In this document: piece after piece, positions 1-10,348 of the stretch
Position numbering within the stretch: the stretch's first letter is position 1
Layout: every line of letters begins with the position of its first letter
Sequence record: PV245934.1
Reading direction: 5' to 3' (one strand)
Length of the DNA: 64,000 bases
Origin: Escherichia phage sutha
Position numbers and translations under genes: made by a program
The notes under the pieces: model-generated
The model's input: the letters and a program-made list of their open reading frames with translations, nothing else
Databases searched by the model: none
What the model was told of the DNA's origin: nothing

Positions 1-391
1 ACCGCTTAGCAAGTAACTTAATAATCAATACTTCGGTAGAATCTTCAACCAGTTTTGCCCATTTACCATATCTTTTACCACGAGGAACTGCAGCCATCAG
101 ATAATTAAAATGAGCTTCATCACTTAAACCTGATCCAATTAAATTCATAGCATATACAGCTGGCATGCATTCAGGAAATTGTGATAATGCATTCTCAACC
201 ATGTATTTTGAATAATCTTTTTGAGCAATAGAGCATTTAGTTTTATTATTAATAGCTCCAATTATTTCAAAAAATTCATTTTCAGCTTTTTCTTTAAAAG
301 AATCAGCAGCGGATTGGACAGCTGTCCAATCTTTTGAATACCAAGCAACTTGATGCTCGTTTAATTGAATATCATCTTCAAATAAGCTCAT
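1..391 (-). CDS. 62: clamp loader small subunit gp62 (partial, 3' end runs off window start)
   Basis: Minus-strand ORF from ATG at 391 reading [22 protein letters not shown]..., matching recalled T4 gp62 N-terminus; start overlaps stop of gene 44 (ATGA coupling); not in ORF track because truncated by window edge. Confidence 0.8.
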   Translation of the reverse strand, partial: MSLFEDDIQLNEHQVAWYSKDWTAVQSAADSFKEKAENEFFEIIGAINNKTKCSIAQKDYSKYMVENALSQFPECMPAVYAMNLIGSGLSDEAHFNYLMAAVPRGKRYGKWAKLVEDSTEVLIIKLLAKR

Positions 392-392
392 A

Positions 393-1367
393 TCACTTCC
401 ACTGCATTTCACATGCCAATTGAATGAAAAGATAAGCTAGATGCAATTCAGTATTAGCTGCAATACCATGATACTGGTTATTTTCGCCGACAATTTCGTA
501 CATACGAATAATACTTTGCGGAGTTACGCGTGTATAGATTTCTTCGGCAAGTTTACCTACGAACCACGAATAATCAGCTGCATATTTTGGTGCTAAAGCT
601 CTGAGTTGTTTAACATCTTTATTTTTGAGAGACTCAAGAACATCATCAATAGCACCACGATCGTTAGTAACCAGTGATAAAATACCAGCATCCAAAACAC
701 CTTTAGATGAATAACTATCGAGCTCGCCAATAGTTTTACGAAAATCAGGAAAATTCTTTTTAACCAAAGCCGCTACAACTTTCATATCAGCTATAGCAAT
801 TCCTTCATGCTTGCAGATTTCAGTCAATCGACGAATCATCTGCTTCATCATTTCAATTTTATCTTCATCGGTCGGTTGACCGAATGTAATAACTCGGCAG
901 CGTGACTGAAGCGGTTTAATAATACCATCAATATTGTTAGCAGTAATAATAATACTACAGTTTGAACTATAAGCTTCCATAAAGGAACGAAGATGTCGCT
1001 GAGACTCTGCTAACCCTGAACGGTCAAATTCATCAATAACGATTACTTTTTGACGACCATCAAATGAAGCTGCACTGGCAAAATTAGTCAAAGGACCGCG
1101 AACGAAATCAATTTTACAATCTGATCCATTCACAAACATCATATCAGCATTTACATCATGACACAATGCTTTTGCTACAGTTGTTTTACCTGTTCCTGGA
1201 GAAGGAGAATGAAGAATAATATGTGGAATCTTACCTTTACTTGTAATAGATTTAAAGGTTTCTTTATCAAAGGCGGGAAGAATACATTCATCGATAGTAG
1301 ATGGACGATATTTCTGTTCAAGAATGTGTTCTTTTTCATTTACAGTAATCATAATTTCCTCATTCAA
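393..1367 (-). CDS. 44: clamp loader large subunit gp44 (AAA+ ATPase)
   Basis: 324 aa; Walker A GTGKTT, SRC motif; matches T4 gp44; synteny 45-44-62. Confidence 0.95.
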   Translation of the reverse strand: MNEEIMITVNEKEHILEQKYRPSTIDECILPAFDKETFKSITSKGKIPHIILHSPSPGTGKTTVAKALCHDVNADMMFVNGSDCKIDFVRGPLTNFASAASFDGRQKVIVIDEFDRSGLAESQRHLRSFMEAYSSNCSIIITANNIDGIIKPLQSRCRVITFGQPTDEDKIEMMKQMIRRLTEICKHEGIAIADMKVVAALVKKNFPDFRKTIGELDSYSSKGVLDAGILSLVTNDRGAIDDVLESLKNKDVKQLRALAPKYAADYSWFVGKLAEEIYTRVTPQSIIRMYEIVGENNQYHGIAANTELHLAYLFIQLACEMQWK

Positions 1368-1386
1368 GTTTTAGTGTAAATTATAA

Positions 1387-1400
1387 AGGGCCGAAGCCCT
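1387..1400 (-). terminator. stem-loop AGGGC-CGAA-GCCCT (UUCG tetraloop in minus-strand RNA) between genes 45 and 44
   Basis: Perfect hairpin followed by T-rich tract; same element recurs at 6697, 10336, 38568. Confidence 0.4.
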
Positions 1401-1403
1401 TTA

Positions 1404-2090
1404 TTAAAAATCGTGGGTAGAATCAGCTTCAAGAGCTACTACATAATTCGCGTGTTCACCTTCAAATTTAGCAGCGCCTTGTTTACCTTTTGCCCAGAGC
1501 AGAAGTTTATAATTTCCTGGTTGCATTTTCATATTTGCCATATTGATAATGAAATTAAATGTATTTTCACCATCATAATCACCAAGAGTCAAAGAATATT
1601 TAACACGGGTCAGAGCAGAATCTTCTACTTTATTAAAACCGTTAATTACGATTTTACCTTCTTTTACCGTGATAGCAATTGTATCAATTTGCAGACCACG
1701 AGATACACGCAACAGTTGTTGAAGGTCTTCAGCTTTAATTTCGGTAACAACAGATGCTACCGGGAATGGAATTGGTTTATTAGGAGCAACTACTGTACTC
1801 GGATCGGCTGCTGGCCAAAAAATTGTTGAACGGGCATCAGCAATTTTAATATTTCCATCTTCTGACTGGGAAATTTCTGCATCATCATTAACTAAAGACA
1901 GAATACCGAGAAAACCGTTCAAATCGTAAATTGCTACATCAAAATCAATAACGTCAGAAATATTTGCTTCCGCATAAGTTGTACCATTAACTGCGCGAGT
2001 CATAATAAATTGACCGGATTTAAGCATAATACCGGAGTTAATAGTAGCGAAATTTTTAAGCAGAGCAGTAGTATCTTTAGACAGTTTCAT
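1404..2090 (-). CDS. 45: sliding clamp gp45
   Basis: 228 aa, MKLSKDTTALLKNFATINSGIMLKSGQFIMTRAVNGTTYAEANISD... matches T4 gp45. Confidence 0.95.
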   Translation of the reverse strand: MKLSKDTTALLKNFATINSGIMLKSGQFIMTRAVNGTTYAEANISDVIDFDVAIYDLNGFLGILSLVNDDAEISQSEDGNIKIADARSTIFWPAADPSTVVAPNKPIPFPVASVVTEIKAEDLQQLLRVSRGLQIDTIAITVKEGKIVINGFNKVEDSALTRVKYSLTLGDYDGENTFNFIINMANMKMQPGNYKLLLWAKGKQGAAKFEGEHANYVVALEADSTHDF

Positions 2091-2145
2091 GTAATTTCCT
2101 TCAATTCAAATGAGATTTAATTTTATAACTAATTTAATAAAGCAA

Positions 2146-2535
2146 TTAACGATTAAAATCAGCTGCGATTGTTTCAGCAACAATTTGAGCAGCAACAATT
2201 AGACGTTCATCTGCATTACCGCAATAATCATCTTCAAGACGTTCACCGCATGAAGTCATAATAAATTTAGCACCGGCGTTTAGGGATTCTGTAGTATGTT
2301 TGCGCATTAGTTCAATCCATTTATTACTTACTTCACGATCGATAGCTTCATAATACGCATGACGAGCAGGTGCAGATTTAATTTTGTTCTGAATAACTTC
2401 CATTGCGTTATCAGAAAGAGACAAAACCCATGCTCGACGAATTTTATTTTGGTTTTGTGGATTTGATTCAGAACGCACGTGTTTTGGCTGAATATCTTTT
2501 ACGTCAACAGTATAATTCACAGTAATTTTAGTCAT
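2146..2535 (-). CDS. rpbA: RNA polymerase-binding protein RpbA-like
   Basis: 129 aa ORF immediately upstream of gene 45 as in T4; size matches T4 RpbA; sequence identity not verified. Confidence 0.6.
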
Positions 2536-2544
2536 AATACACCT

Positions 2545-2745
2545 TTAGTCATAATAATCAGTAACAGTCCAAGCTTCATTTCTATTGGACATTATTTTTG
2601 TATATTCTGCTTTAAATGCATTCCTAAGCATAGATTCAGTAACTATATGCTCTTCATTAGAAAAATTATTTCTCAGAATATATCGTTTTATTTCAGGAAT
2701 AGTTAATAGATGTTGTCCAGTTGAATATTCCATTTTTTCCTCCAT
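2545..2745 (-). CDS. hypothetical protein (66 aa)
   Basis: ORF in the 45.x position between gene 46 and rpbA. Confidence 0.45.
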   Translation of the reverse strand: MEEKMEYSTGQHLLTIPEIKRYILRNNFSNEEHIVTESMLRNAFKAEYTKIMSNRNEAWTVTDYYD

Positions 2746-2787
2746 AGAGATTATACTCTAATAAATTAAAGCATAATCTCTTATAAA

Positions 2788-4470
2788 TTAAACCATTACA
2801 GTAAATCGACCAACTTTCTTCATTTGAAGATGCTGACCATATTCTTGTGGGTCATGGTCTTTATGCGAAATTATAAAAACATTAGTATTTTTCATTGAAT
2901 TTATAATATTAGCTACACCTTTAATACCTTCGGCATCAAATGACCCATCAAACACTTCATCAAGAATTAATGTACTAATACTAACACCAGATACAATAGA
3001 AGCAATATCACGCCAAGTAAATAAAAGAGCAATATCAATTCGTGCTTTTTCACCTTCACTAAATGAAGCATAACTAAAATCTTCACGACCACGGGATTTA
3101 ATGGTCTCATTAAATTCTTCATCTAATGTAAACACATAATCCGCTTCCATTATTTTAAGATAATGGTTAATCTGCTTATTAAATAATGGAATGTACTTTT
3201 TAATAATAGCACCTTTAATACCAGAATCTTTGAGCATATCAGTCAAAATTCCTCGGTGGTATTTTTCCATTACTAAATTAGTTTTTGTCTTAACAATTTT
3301 ATCAAGTTCTTCTTGAAGCAGTGCTATTTCATCAGCATGGTCAATAAATTCAGAAGATGCTTTTTCTATAGCCGCTTTAACCTTTTTAGCTTTATCTACC
3401 GTCGTGATTAGAGATTGCTTTTTATTGCGAATATCATTTGCTAATGACTGTTGGGTTTTAATATTATCTCGGTATTCATCAACAAGAACTTTTAAATTAT
3501 CGCGATGCGTTGAAAGCTGTTCAAACGAATGCGTACATTCAGAAACTTTATCTTTAATTTTAGAAACAACTTTATCACCGGAACTTAATTGTGACAAACA
3601 GGTTGGACATAATCCACCTTCGTGATACATATTAATGACTTTATTATACGAGTCAATTTTTGATTTAATTAAAAATGCTTCTTGACCGATTTTATTAAAT
3701 GCATCAGTCGGGTCTTCATCCAAAACAATATTAACTAATCTTTCATTAGCTTCTTCTATTTCCGATTTTAGCGTTCTAGCTTCTTTTGCTAAATCATCAT
3801 ACATATTCTGCAGACGAGTAAGGTTATCACCAGTTAATTTTTTCTGGCGTTCAACGTTATCATTATATATTTTAATTTGCTGGATAATACTATCTTTTTT
3901 AACATCAAGCACTTGGTTTTGTGAATTTAATTCACGTATTAGTGCTTTATTAAGCTTATCCATTTCAGCTAATGTTCCTACCTCAAGCAGGTCTTCCACA
4001 AGCTTTCTTCGCGCAGGGGTCGACAAACCCATGAAAGGGGTATACCCTGCTGTACCAAGGACAACAATCTGCTTGAAACTGGCATATGACATTCCGATAA
4101 GCTGTTCAAATTCTGCTTGGAAATCTTTACTGCTGGCAGATTCATTAAGACGTGTACCGTTAACGGTGATTTCGAAAACGTTTGGTTTTTGTCCTCTTTT
4201 GATATAGTACTTTTTCTCATCATATTCCATCCACAGTTCAACTAAAAGCTCTTTCTTATTTGTGCTGTTTATTAATTGGCCTTTCTTTACATCACGGAAT
4301 GGCTTGCCAAAAAGCCCAAATGTGATGGCTTCTAACATAGTAGACTTACCACCACCATTTCGTCCAGTAATAAGAGTTTTTTGAACCTTATCTAATTGAA
4401 TGTCAATAGGATTTCCACCTACTGACATTATATTTTGATACCTAACTCGGTTTAGTTTAAAATTCTTCAC
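2788..4470 (-). CDS. 46: recombination endonuclease subunit gp46 (Rad50/SbcC-like ATPase)
   Basis: 560 aa; Walker A GRNGGGKST at N-terminus, central coiled coil with CPTC zinc hook, C-terminal signature/Walker B region; matches T4 gp46 length. Confidence 0.95.
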   Translation of the reverse strand: MKNFKLNRVRYQNIMSVGGNPIDIQLDKVQKTLITGRNGGGKSTMLEAITFGLFGKPFRDVKKGQLINSTNKKELLVELWMEYDEKKYYIKRGQKPNVFEITVNGTRLNESASSKDFQAEFEQLIGMSYASFKQIVVLGTAGYTPFMGLSTPARRKLVEDLLEVGTLAEMDKLNKALIRELNSQNQVLDVKKDSIIQQIKIYNDNVERQKKLTGDNLTRLQNMYDDLAKEARTLKSEIEEANERLVNIVLDEDPTDAFNKIGQEAFLIKSKIDSYNKVINMYHEGGLCPTCLSQLSSGDKVVSKIKDKVSECTHSFEQLSTHRDNLKVLVDEYRDNIKTQQSLANDIRNKKQSLITTVDKAKKVKAAIEKASSEFIDHADEIALLQEELDKIVKTKTNLVMEKYHRGILTDMLKDSGIKGAIIKKYIPLFNKQINHYLKIMEADYVFTLDEEFNETIKSRGREDFSYASFSEGEKARIDIALLFTWRDIASIVSGVSISTLILDEVFDGSFDAEGIKGVANIINSMKNTNVFIISHKDHDPQEYGQHLQMKKVGRFTVMV

Positions 4471-4730
4471 AAAAGATTCCTTTTAATGTATCTTTTAGAC
4501 CATTCTATCATATCATCATAATCTAAAAAGTATTCATCAAATTCAGCCATGCAAACAACACCTTGTGCTGCTTTTGATGTGATATAAATTATTCCAACAT
4601 ATCTAGAATCTTCTTCGGTGTAATCAATATTTGCTATGAATTCATCGTTAATGTCAAATGTCGAAAACTTCACAGTATGCATCCTTAATACAAGATACAG
4701 CCATATCTTGTAATGATTTAGGTGTGTCAT
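4467..4730 (-). CDS. hypothetical protein (46.1-like position)
   Basis: 87 aa ORF; overlaps next ORF by 77 nt so true start may be the internal Met (MHTVKF...). Confidence 0.4.
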   Translation of the reverse strand: MTHLNHYKIWLYLVLRMHTVKFSTFDINDEFIANIDYTEEDSRYVGIIYITSKAAQGVVCMAEFDEYFLDYDDMIEWSKRYIKRNLL

Positions 4731-4917
4731 TATCTAAAATGTTGAAGTTAAAAGATACAGCCCAGTCAGTGCAGACCGTAACCTTTTTAATACAATTATC
4801 TTCAACCTCTAACGGTTCAAACCAATATTCAATAATTTCTTTATGCCCAATATCATCTTTTACTTCGCATTCAAAATGCTGGCTCATCATAACATTTTTA
4901 AATTCATCAAAAGTCAT
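4654..4917 (-). CDS. hypothetical protein (46.2-like position)
   Basis: 87 aa ORF between 47 and 46, start coupled to gene 47 stop. Confidence 0.45.
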   Translation of the reverse strand: MTFDEFKNVMMSQHFECEVKDDIGHKEIIEYWFEPLEVEDNCIKKVTVCTDWAVSFNFNILDNDTPKSLQDMAVSCIKDAYCEVFDI

Positions 4918-5933
4918 TGTGTTGCCTCTACATATAACTGATTTGCATATTGAATAAGTGCTTCACGGTCAGAATCAGTGATGTCTGGAATTGCATTAAT
5001 GTATTCTTCCATCAACGTCTGAAGAGATTGAACTTCAACTTCTTCGCTATCATCTGACTCGACAGAGTTATCAATCTTTGACACAACTCGTAATGAATGC
5101 ACAACTTTTTCTAGTTCAGATTCGAACTTCGTTAGATTTTTGTCTACCTCAGTTACTATAACACGTACTGATAGATTTGTAAAATCTTTATAGTCAATTT
5201 TTCCCTTAAATGGATATTGAATTCGACGATGCCAGGTAGTGTTGTTTGGAATAAATTCCATTCGTTCTGTTTCTGTATCAAACATCCAGAACCCACGAGG
5301 GTCATTCTCGTCACCTGCAGTTAGTGTCCATGGTGTCCCAATATATCTGACGTTAGCAGCCTCAGAGATAGTATGGAAGTGACCAGACCACACCTCTTTA
5401 TAAGTCTTAAGGAAATCAGGTTCAAGACCGTGAGATTTCATTCCTTTATAAAAATAAAATCCATTCAGCTCCCAGTGACCGACACAAAAAGAAGCAGATG
5501 AAGTTTTGATGTGTTCAAGAATTTCACCAGTATTTTCTTCGCACATCCAAGGAATTAAATCAATCAAACATCCGTCAAAATCTACTGTAGTAGGCTTATC
5601 ATATACTTTAACATTAGGATATTTAGCCAAAAGCTCAGTAGAAGCATTTGGATGCATTACATTTTTATAGTGGAGATCGTGATTTCCTACAATAGTATGT
5701 AATGTGATTCCAGCGTCATCAAGCATTTGAACTATTTCACGGGCAAACTCCATAGTTTTATGCGTGATCGCTTTTCGTACATCAAAAATATCACCGTATT
5801 GAATCCATACAGTAATTCCATTTTTCTTAGAATATTCTATCGCTTGCTTAATTCCGTCAAGTTGAATACCGCGAATCCATTCATCATCAGCTTTAACGCC
5901 TAAATGCCAATCACCCAAGTTTAGTATTTTCAT
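4914..5933 (-). CDS. 47: recombination endonuclease subunit gp47 (Mre11/SbcD-like phosphoesterase)
   Basis: 339 aa; calcineurin-like phosphoesterase motifs (GDWH, GNHD, GHWE, GHFH); matches T4 gp47 length. Confidence 0.95.
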   Translation of the reverse strand: MKILNLGDWHLGVKADDEWIRGIQLDGIKQAIEYSKKNGITVWIQYGDIFDVRKAITHKTMEFAREIVQMLDDAGITLHTIVGNHDLHYKNVMHPNASTELLAKYPNVKVYDKPTTVDFDGCLIDLIPWMCEENTGEILEHIKTSSASFCVGHWELNGFYFYKGMKSHGLEPDFLKTYKEVWSGHFHTISEAANVRYIGTPWTLTAGDENDPRGFWMFDTETERMEFIPNNTTWHRRIQYPFKGKIDYKDFTNLSVRVIVTEVDKNLTKFESELEKVVHSLRVVSKIDNSVESDDSEEVEVQSLQTLMEEYINAIPDITDSDREALIQYANQLYVEATQ

Positions 5934-6534
5934 GGTGTCTTTTCCATCCTAATTTAGCTGCTTTTGAAACTAGTTCTTTAATTTTTCCTTTTGTCCATTC
6001 AGGACCAGGAGGTTCATGACATAACATTTGCTTAACTCCGTTATTATACCATTTTTTACCTTTATTATGCGATGAAGCTTTAAATTTATTTGACCTTCCT
6101 TTTACATAGCCTTCTGGAATATACGGTAAAAAGGCAGATTTTCCTGTTAATGGGTCATGTGAATGTATGTTTCCTTTACAATTATGAGAACCATATAATG
6201 GATGATTTTGTCCTTTAATATCTCTTCCAAATGAACCTTTTGGAGCAGCATATGACATATTAAAGAATAATGGATTTTTAACCGCATCATGCAAACGTTG
6301 ATAATATAACTCACATTTAATAGCTTCTTCGCGCGTATCAAATTCATCTAAAATGCATGAATCAAATAAATGTGGGTTATCTGAAAGTTCTTCATTATAA
6401 ATTTTCTTATACTTTTTAGATAAAACTGATCCATGATATCCGGCTAAATGCCTATCTAAAGATGTAGATCCAATATAAAAAGGAGGAAGTTTATCTCCAC
6501 TATATATTGTTAAATAAGTTATATATTTTTTCAT
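5911..6534 (-). CDS. GIY-YIG family endonuclease-like protein (Seg-like, candidate free-standing homing endonuclease)
   Basis: 207 aa; N-terminus YITYLTIYSGDKLPPFYIGSTSLDRH fits GIY...YIG...R motif; basic Gly/Lys-rich C-terminus (KGKKWYNNG); 3' end overlaps gene 47 start by 23 nt. Confidence 0.6.
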   Translation of the reverse strand: MKKYITYLTIYSGDKLPPFYIGSTSLDRHLAGYHGSVLSKKYKKIYNEELSDNPHLFDSCILDEFDTREEAIKCELYYQRLHDAVKNPLFFNMSYAAPKGSFGRDIKGQNHPLYGSHNCKGNIHSHDPLTGKSAFLPYIPEGYVKGRSNKFKASSHNKGKKWYNNGVKQMLCHEPPGPEWTKGKIKELVSKAAKLGWKRHHENTKLG

Positions 6535-6696
6535 ATATCAAGAACCGTCATTGAAATGCAAAATAAAATTATTGAAATAAATCCATCTGGAGTACTAAAG
6601 AACCCAATCCAACATGCTCTAGTGAATAGATAAAATGCAAGAAAAAGTATCACATATCCAAGAAATATCATTATATCAAACTCCGTATAAAGCTAA

Positions 6697-6710
6697 AGGG
6701 CCGAAGCCCT
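6697..6710 (-). terminator. UUCG-tetraloop hairpin directly downstream of a-gt stop
   Basis: AGGGCCGAAGCCCT followed by T-rich tract. Confidence 0.45.
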
Positions 6711-7913
6711 TTATTTTGTAATAATGTCAAACTGTTCTTTAAAGCAGAAGCTTGAATCTTGGTGCTGATACAAAAATTCATAAGCTTTTTCGCGTTCACG
6801 GTCATAAAGAGCTCGGTCAGATGACAGTTCTTTAATACGCTCAAATGTTGATTCCATGCCATTTTCATCAAACCAAACGATACCGCTATCATGTGAAATT
6901 AACGGAGTATTATCAACACGGAATTTTAAATTTTCACCAGTAGATTTCCAAAATACTGGAATTGTTCCGCATGCACCAAGCTCGAGATGAGTATATTCTA
7001 AAGAACGTTGTAGATATTTTTTGTCCAACTTACTCAGCTGATAACCAAATCCGGATTTACGCATACGTTCAAGCATTTCGCTATTTACATAACGGTCAAG
7101 AATTTGCGTTGGCAAATTAGGAGCAATTTTAATTTGGTCTACTTGATGAAGACGATAATACTCGTATGGAATTCCTTTTTCTTTAATAGGAATGAACGCT
7201 GGAGAACGTTCCAGACCTTCCATAATAGTACTTAGTCCTGCAGGTTTAAGATGTTTTTCATGAAAATCAAACATCTGATAAAAGCCTTTCCATGTAGTAG
7301 TACGACCAATCCAACGGTTGATATTCATGTTAATTTCAGAAACATCTTTCCAGTAGGTTGATCGAACTTTCGCAATATCCATAGGAGGCTGAAAGTTATA
7401 TACGGTCGGTGCTTCTTCAATATCATCAAACAGAGAAACAGTTTCCGGATACCATTCTTTCATCAAAACTTTATTAAAGTCACCATTATCAGAATGACTA
7501 AAAATAACATCAGCTCGACGAACAGTTTCTTCTAATCCCAAATTTCGGCGCAAAGAAAGAGAAGAATGGTCATGTTGATAAACTACAACACGAACCGAAG
7601 GTTTAATGTTATCAATAATTTTTTTATAGTTATTAATTGTGTCTTCTTCAACTGAAGTAGCAGGAACTGAATTGATAATTAGAATATCACAATCATTTAC
7701 CAGCTTAAGGGTTTTATCGTATTCTTTTGCCAATAAAACCGGAATTGAAAATGATTTATAATCATGTGCGCAATTACGAGTAAATGATTTATCTTTAGCA
7801 TAAACCAAAGTTACTTCATGACCATTTTTAATAAACCAATCACGCTGCTCAAGAGAAAATTTAGTTACACCGCAACCTTCAAGACCTCGAGCCATAAAAA
7901 TACATACTTTCAT
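6711..7913 (-). CDS. a-gt: DNA alpha-glucosyltransferase
   Basis: 400 aa, M(K/R)VCIFMARGLEGCGVTKFSLEQRDWFIKNGHEVTLVYAKDKSF... near-identical to recalled T4 alpha-gt. Confidence 0.95.
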   Translation of the reverse strand: MKVCIFMARGLEGCGVTKFSLEQRDWFIKNGHEVTLVYAKDKSFTRNCAHDYKSFSIPVLLAKEYDKTLKLVNDCDILIINSVPATSVEEDTINNYKKIIDNIKPSVRVVVYQHDHSSLSLRRNLGLEETVRRADVIFSHSDNGDFNKVLMKEWYPETVSLFDDIEEAPTVYNFQPPMDIAKVRSTYWKDVSEINMNINRWIGRTTTWKGFYQMFDFHEKHLKPAGLSTIMEGLERSPAFIPIKEKGIPYEYYRLHQVDQIKIAPNLPTQILDRYVNSEMLERMRKSGFGYQLSKLDKKYLQRSLEYTHLELGACGTIPVFWKSTGENLKFRVDNTPLISHDSGIVWFDENGMESTFERIKELSSDRALYDREREKAYEFLYQHQDSSFCFKEQFDIITK

Positions 7914-7929
7914 TTAATATCCTCATTGT

Positions 7930-7961
7930 TTTGGTTTATTTTACCAAAAATTTATAAAGCA
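7930..7961 (-). promoter_or_regulatory. possible MotA-dependent middle promoter upstream of a-gt
   Basis: Minus-strand reads TTGCTTTA (MotA-box-like) followed about 12 nt later by TAAAAT, about 25 nt upstream of a-gt ATG. Confidence 0.3.
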
Positions 7962-7979
7962 ATATAGGAGCCGAAGCTC

Positions 7980-8153
7980 CTATCCGCATAATACACCGTA
8001 CAGAGGCTCATTAGAGCTTCTAAATTTAATACGCTTATATGTTATAGTTCCTTCTGCTTTAGCTTTATCATGAGACTCTTTAAAGCGTCTCATCATTTCT
8101 ACTTTAGAGGAACGAATTTTATTATAATCTATTTCAGAAGTCTGGGTGTTCAT
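7980..8153 (-). CDS. small hypothetical protein (57 aa, below ORF-track cutoff)
   Basis: ORF MNTQTSEIDYNKIRSSKVEMMRRFKESHDKAKAEG... fills the gap between a-gt and the next ORF; stop lies in hairpin GGAGCCGAAGCTCC. Confidence 0.3.
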   Translation of the reverse strand: MNTQTSEIDYNKIRSSKVEMMRRFKESHDKAKAEGTITYKRIKFRSSNEPLYGVLCG

Positions 8154-8156
8154 CTT

Positions 8157-8363
8157 TCACAGTTGCCACCATTTTTTGACTTGATAAGAATCAACCCACA
8201 CTTTCATATTAGGGTCTGCTTTTACAATAGGAGGATTAACTTCTTTAATTGAACTATCATGGTATTCTTTTTCAGAAATTTTCACACAAAGATGACCATT
8301 CAAAGATTCAGTAAATCCTGCATTAATTTTAAGACGCTTGAATTTTACGTGTGTAAGCATCAA
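8157..8363 (-). CDS. hypothetical protein (68 aa)
   Basis: Minus-strand ORF in a-gt/55 intergenic gene block. Confidence 0.4.
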   Translation of the reverse strand: MMLTHVKFKRLKINAGFTESLNGHLCVKISEKEYHDSSIKEVNPPIVKADPNMKVWVDSYQVKKWWQL

Positions 8364-8646
8364 TCATATCCTCAATCTGTGATCTAGTAGTCTTCCAAAG
8401 AATACTAATGAGTTCATCGTTATATGGCTGTTTTAGAATATCCCGACTTTTCTTGATAGCATATTCGTATTGAGCAAAATTATTGTTTTCAGCTGCAATC
8501 TGAGCGTGTTTATAAAGACGGTTCAGTTCGCGTTTGTTTTTAGACAATAACTTATTTGCTTTTCTTTCTGCTTCAAGACGGTTCTTTTCTTCAATAGAAG
8601 AAATAAGCTTTTCCACTTCATCATTAATTTCGGGTTTATCAGTCAT
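8329..8646 (-). CDS. hypothetical protein (105 aa, charged/coiled-coil)
   Basis: Minus-strand ORF, tight packing with neighbours. Confidence 0.45.
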   Translation of the reverse strand: MTDKPEINDEVEKLISSIEEKNRLEAERKANKLLSKNKRELNRLYKHAQIAAENNNFAQYEYAIKKSRDILKQPYNDELISILWKTTRSQIEDMIDAYTRKIQAS

Positions 8647-8647
8647 A

Positions 8648-8866
8648 TTATTTCTCTAATATAAAATAAAAATCATCATCTGTTAAATGATACCGATAGT
8701 TTAATTCTACACCATTAGATTTAAAAGCGGTATCATACGGATTTTCTGGATCAATATCAATGTCAAGAGCTAAAACTTCCCTGAGATACATTTTAAGTAA
8801 ATAGGGAATAGCTTCAACTTCAGGTATTTCTTCCAAGAATCCGGAGAGGTTAATCGTTAGCCTCAT
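8648..8866 (-). CDS. hypothetical protein (72 aa)
   Basis: Minus-strand ORF immediately downstream of gene 55. Confidence 0.4.
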
Positions 8867-9413
8867 ATAAAAAATCCAAACTAGGAGAATCGTCTACAAC
8901 ACTTTTCTTTTCAGCCCCCGGTGTTCTATAGGTTGATTCTTCGTAATGCGTCATTTTATCGTAGATGTCTTGAATAAAAGTTTCATCTACTAACGCAACC
9001 ATATCGTCGTCACGACTGTCATAGACATTGTGAACGAAGTAACTATATTTCTTTGCAACTTCCTTACGTTCTTTTTTAATACGTTGGACGAATGCATTAA
9101 AACAAGCTTGAGTTATATATGCATGTGGGTTTTTATATTTCGTTTCATCAAAATTATGAAGTCCCTTAATAGAAGCTTCTATACCATCTGCAATCATTTC
9201 TTGTTTCCAAGACTGGGTGTATCCTGAAAAGTTGAAACGTTTAGATAAGCCTTCTGCAATAAGCATAATGGCTAATCCGATAGTATCATTCTGACGAACT
9301 ACTTTATTTGGGTCTTTATTATTTGCTAATTCTGTTTTCCAATCAATAATAGCTTGTAAAAGCTCTTTATTGTTTACGTAATTATATTTAGGCTTAGTTT
9401 CTGACATTTTCAC
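8850..9413 (-). CDS. 55: late-transcription sigma factor gp55
   Basis: 187 aa; size and position (between a-gt block and nrd genes) match T4 gp55. Confidence 0.9.
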
Positions 9414-9485
9414 CTCTTAGCTCAATTCATAGATCTATTATATCATAATATTTGAAGATCTATCTTAAAGCATAGAGGATATCAG

Positions 9486-9755
9486 TTATCTAAGTAAACA
9501 GTATGCTTGGAATACTTTCTCCATCATCTTTTTAAATTCATGAATATCTATATAATGACTAGTTAAATCAGCATGATATAAAAAGTCTAAAAACTTTTCA
9601 TGTGTGCTAACATATTCGCTTTCATTTAATTCAGAAACATGACTTTCCCAATATCCAACACCAGTCTTATTTGGGAAAAATGAAATTTTCATATATTGGT
9701 CAACATAGAAAATTCCATAATTTTCAATAGTAATAGAAATATTAATAAATTTCAT
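9486..9755 (-). CDS. hypothetical protein (89 aa)
   Basis: ORF in 55.x block. Confidence 0.4.
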   Translation of the reverse strand: MKFINISITIENYGIFYVDQYMKISFFPNKTGVGYWESHVSELNESEYVSTHEKFLDFLYHADLTSHYIDIHEFKKMMEKVFQAYCLLR

Positions 9756-9967
9756 ACATTCATCAACTTAGCCGCTTCAAGAGCTACATCTAACGAATCA
9801 AATTGATCGACATATTCAATCAGTTTGCCGTAATTAGCATATAACCACCATTGGCTAAATTCATACTCAAGGATAAATCCATTTCCTTCAATTTGAGTTA
9901 AACCAATGCCATTTGTATTTACTTCATATCCGGCAAGACGTAAATCGTTAATAAGAGCTTCGTTCAT
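9752..9967 (-). CDS. hypothetical protein (71 aa)
   Basis: ORF in 55.x block, start/stop coupled to neighbours. Confidence 0.4.
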   Translation of the reverse strand: MNEALINDLRLAGYEVNTNGIGLTQIEGNGFILEYEFSQWWLYANYGKLIEYVDQFDSLDVALEAAKLMNV

Positions 9968-9969
9968 AA

Positions 9970-10296
9970 TTATGCCTTAGTAATTTTCAGGTCAGCAAAT
10001 TTTTTCTTGCGTTGATTTTTCATACGACGAATAGTTTTATCGGAAATTTCATGCTTTTGATAAGCTTTAGATTCTACGCCAAAAGCTTTAACATCAAATT
10101 CTGACAAGATATATTGAACCAACAATTCACGGACAGTGTTGCGTCCAATCTTCTGATCATTCTGTTTCATCATTTGATGAAGCTCTTTTTCCCATTTATC
10201 CAAAATTTGAGGAGTTACAATATCGCCTTTTTCTAGCAAAGAAACTACTTTATCATATGCGTAAGAATTAATGACGTTTTTAATTTGAATAGTCAT
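9970..10296 (-). CDS. hypothetical protein (108 aa)
   Basis: ORF in 55.x block. Confidence 0.45.
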   Translation of the reverse strand: MTIQIKNVINSYAYDKVVSLLEKGDIVTPQILDKWEKELHQMMKQNDQKIGRNTVRELLVQYILSEFDVKAFGVESKAYQKHEISDKTIRRMKNQRKKKFADLKITKA

Positions 10297-10348
10297 ACAT
10301 TATCCTCAATTGCGTTAAAATTTTATTATCCAAAAAGGGCCGAAGCCC

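Noticed and set aside
1158-1829. Plus-strand ORFs (73 aa and 138 aa) inside genes 44/45
   Set aside because: Lie antisense within strongly supported minus-strand genes; low-complexity, Phe/Ile-rich translations typical of AT-rich antisense frames
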